From an uncultured Rhodospirillaceae bacterium (lineage in GTDB: Bacteria; Pseudomonadota; Alphaproteobacteria; SP197), in the NCBI GenBank assembly GCA_937880925.1, contig CALGGB010000138.1, forward strand, positions 1 to 60,942: a stretch of DNA of 60,942 bases, written 5' to 3'. Position numbers and translations under genes: made by a program. The notes beneath the pieces were generated by a model. The model made no database searches. It had not been told where the DNA came from and saw only the letters and a program-made list of their open reading frames with translations. Positions within the stretch are counted from its first letter, which is position 1. Each line of letters starts with the position of its first letter. This document shows positions 59,229-60,942 of this stretch, in pieces.

Positions 59229-60074
59229 ATGTCACGTGCCCACCGCCGCACCGTTCTCGGCTTCGCCCTGGCCGCACCACTGCTGGCCACTGGCGGCCGC
59301 GTATGGGCCTTTCCCGACGTGGATGAGGATTCGCCCTGGCTCGCCCACGGCGAGGAATCGGACCTTGCACCCGATCACACACCGCTGGCGCGTTTTCTCG
59401 CCCGCTACCGCACGGTGGGCGCGGACGGCATAGCTCGGGTGCGCTACGGCGCGGTGACAGGTCAGCACCGGGCGGACCTGCGCGCCTATCTCGATGTCCT
59501 GGCCGCCGTGCCGGTTTCGCGACTGCCGCGGGCCGTGCAGCAGGCCTTCTGGATCAACCTCTACAACGGCCTGACGCTGGATCTGGTGCTGGCGCATTAT
59601 CCGGTCGCCAGCATCCGCGACATCGGCGGTGGTCTCTTCACCGTCGGACCCTGGGGGGAGACGGTGGTCGTCGTCGAGGGCAGGGAGCTCAGCCTCGATG
59701 ACATCGAGCACGGCATCCTGAGGCCCATCTGGCGCGATCCGCGCCTGCACTATGCGCTCAACTGCGCCTCGCTGGGCTGCCCGGACCTTGCCGCCACACC
59801 CTGGTCGGCCACCACCGGGGAGGCGATGCTGGAGGAGGCTGCGTGGGGTTATGTCAATCACCCCCGCGGAGCCCGTTTCGACGCGAGGGGGCAACTCGTC
59901 GTTTCCTCGATCTATCGCTGGTACGGCGAGGATTTCGGCGGCGGCGAAGCCGGCGTGCTCAATCATCTGCGGCGCCATGCCGGCGAACCCCTGGCCGAGG
60001 GGCTGGCGCGGATCGATGCCATCGCCGACGACAGCTACGACTGGCGCCTGAACGATGGCTCGGGCCTGCCCTGA
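59229..60074 (+). CDS. DUF547-family protein with a Tat-like signal peptide
   Basis: ORF 58794..60074, with the start moved to ATG 59229. It begins MSRAHRRTVLGFALAAPLLATGG. The blocks AFWINLYNGLTL, HYALNCASLGCP and SIYRWYGEDF are typical of DUF547. Confidence 0.72.
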   Translation: MSRAHRRTVLGFALAAPLLATGGRVWAFPDVDEDSPWLAHGEESDLAPDHTPLARFLARYRTVGADGIARVRYGAVTGQHRADLRAYLDVLAAVPVSRLPRAVQQAFWINLYNGLTLDLVLAHYPVASIRDIGGGLFTVGPWGETVVVVEGRELSLDDIEHGILRPIWRDPRLHYALNCASLGCPDLAATPWSATTGEAMLEEAAWGYVNHPRGARFDARGQLVVSSIYRWYGEDFGGGEAGVLNHLRRHAGEPLAEGLARIDAIADDSYDWRLNDGSGLP

Positions 60075-60080
60075 AGCGGG

Positions 60081-60875
60081 CTAGACGATGGTGAGCCGGG
60101 CCGCGCCCAGGCCGTCGACGCTGCACACGGCGGTTTGGCCCTGCTGCACGGGCGCGGCGTTGACGATCGCCCCGGTCAGCACGATCTGGCCGGCCTTCAG
60201 GCACGAACCGGCTTGCGCCAGCGCATCGGCCAGCCAGGCCAGGGCGTTCAGCGGATCGTCCATCACATCGCGCCCCTTGCCCTCGCCGACCAGTTCGCCG
60301 GCAATCATGGTGCGTCCGACGGCGGCCTGCAGATCGACATCGCGCCAGGCGGTCACCTCCGGCCCCAGGATGATGGCGCGCTGGAAGACGTCGTCGGCGA
60401 CCAGTTCCGGCGGGGTCAGCAGCTTGCGGTCGGGATAACGGGCTTCGGCAAGTTCGATCGCCGCCATGCAGGCGCCGACATGCAGCGCGATGCTGGCCGC
60501 ATCGTGGCCATCCTTGCGGGCGGGAACGTCGCTGGCGATACGCATGGCGATCTCGCATTCGGCGATCGGCGCCACGGTGTACGCAAGGCTGAACTCGGCC
60601 GGGCTGGTGAAGATGCAATCGGCCAGCACAACCCCGTAGGCCGGGCCGGGAAGCCCCATGATCTGCTGCATCTGCCGTGTCGTGCAGCCGATCTTCCAGC
60701 CCCCCAGGTGACGTCCTGCCTGTTCACGCAGATGCAGCACCTGGGCCTGCACGGCATAGGCGGCGTCGAGATCGGCGGGGCGCAGCGCTTCGGGAAGGCG
60801 TTCGTAAGGCGCCACCGCATCGCGTTGGGCAATCAGGTGGCGGGCGGCGGCGTTGATCTTCTCATCAGGCATCAT
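60081..60875 (-). CDS. 2-keto-4-pentenoate hydratase / 2-oxohepta-3-ene-1,7-dioate hydratase family (FAH fold)
   Basis: 264-aa ORF with the blocks AYAVQAQV, GGWKIGCTTRQMQQ, ECEIAMR and LKAGQIVLTGA, typical of MhpD/HpcG-type hydratases. Confidence 0.78.
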   Translation of the reverse strand: MMPDEKINAAARHLIAQRDAVAPYERLPEALRPADLDAAYAVQAQVLHLREQAGRHLGGWKIGCTTRQMQQIMGLPGPAYGVVLADCIFTSPAEFSLAYTVAPIAECEIAMRIASDVPARKDGHDAASIALHVGACMAAIELAEARYPDRKLLTPPELVADDVFQRAIILGPEVTAWRDVDLQAAVGRTMIAGELVGEGKGRDVMDDPLNALAWLADALAQAGSCLKAGQIVLTGAIVNAAPVQQGQTAVCSVDGLGAARLTIV

Positions 60876-60942
60876 CGTGGCTCCATGCGGCCATGGACAT
60901 GACGGGTGGCGGTCACCGTGAGGATGGCCAGCAGCAGCAGCA
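60872..60942 (-). CDS. 3' end of an upstream gene (partial, product unknown)
   Basis: The minus-strand frame reads ...LLLLAILTVTATRHVHGRMEPR and stops at a TGA that overlaps the ATG of the hydratase gene (ATGA). Only 23 codons are visible. Confidence 0.3.
   Translation of the reverse strand, partial: LLLLAILTVTATRHVHGRMEPR

Overview
GC-rich bacterial chromosomal segment (about two-thirds G+C by eye, not computed), densely packed with about 60 protein genes and one tRNA. Gene content and synteny suggest an alphaproteobacterium (inference): a DUF1476/zeta F1-ATPase inhibitor, a purC-purS-purQ-purL-bolA-grxD block, a class II DAHP synthase, a short second-type GluRS and an emrRAB-like operon. 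Most of the window is housekeeping: glmU-glmS, purCSQL, purB, gltX, cysS, cimA, rpsD, nadE, gor, gabD, sodC, grxD. These are interleaved with transporters (EmrAB-like, CDF, MscS, ABC-2), redox enzymes (two molybdopterin oxidoreductases, a GMC oxidoreductase) and several poorly characterised enzymes. I saw no integrase, transposase, phage gene, CRISPR array or recognisable defence gene, and I could not identify a convincing novel multi-gene system. The items most worth a second look:
- a tandem GAF-GGDEF pair, one with GGEEF and one with GGQEF
- a bacterial homologue of lysosomal acid ceramidase/NAAA
- an orphan MvdD/RimK-like ATP-grasp enzyme
- a fold-type IV aminotransferase with an (R)-amine-transaminase-like fingerprint
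- two sharply AT-rich, rare-codon islands inside glmU and glmS
- three families of hairpin/MITE-like repeats inserted in the pur operon spacers and downstream of sodC
- an unannotated 24-codon membrane-peptide ORF
- a consistent pattern of convergent genes with overlapping stop codons

All family assignments are motif recognition by eye from the supplied translations; no searches were run.
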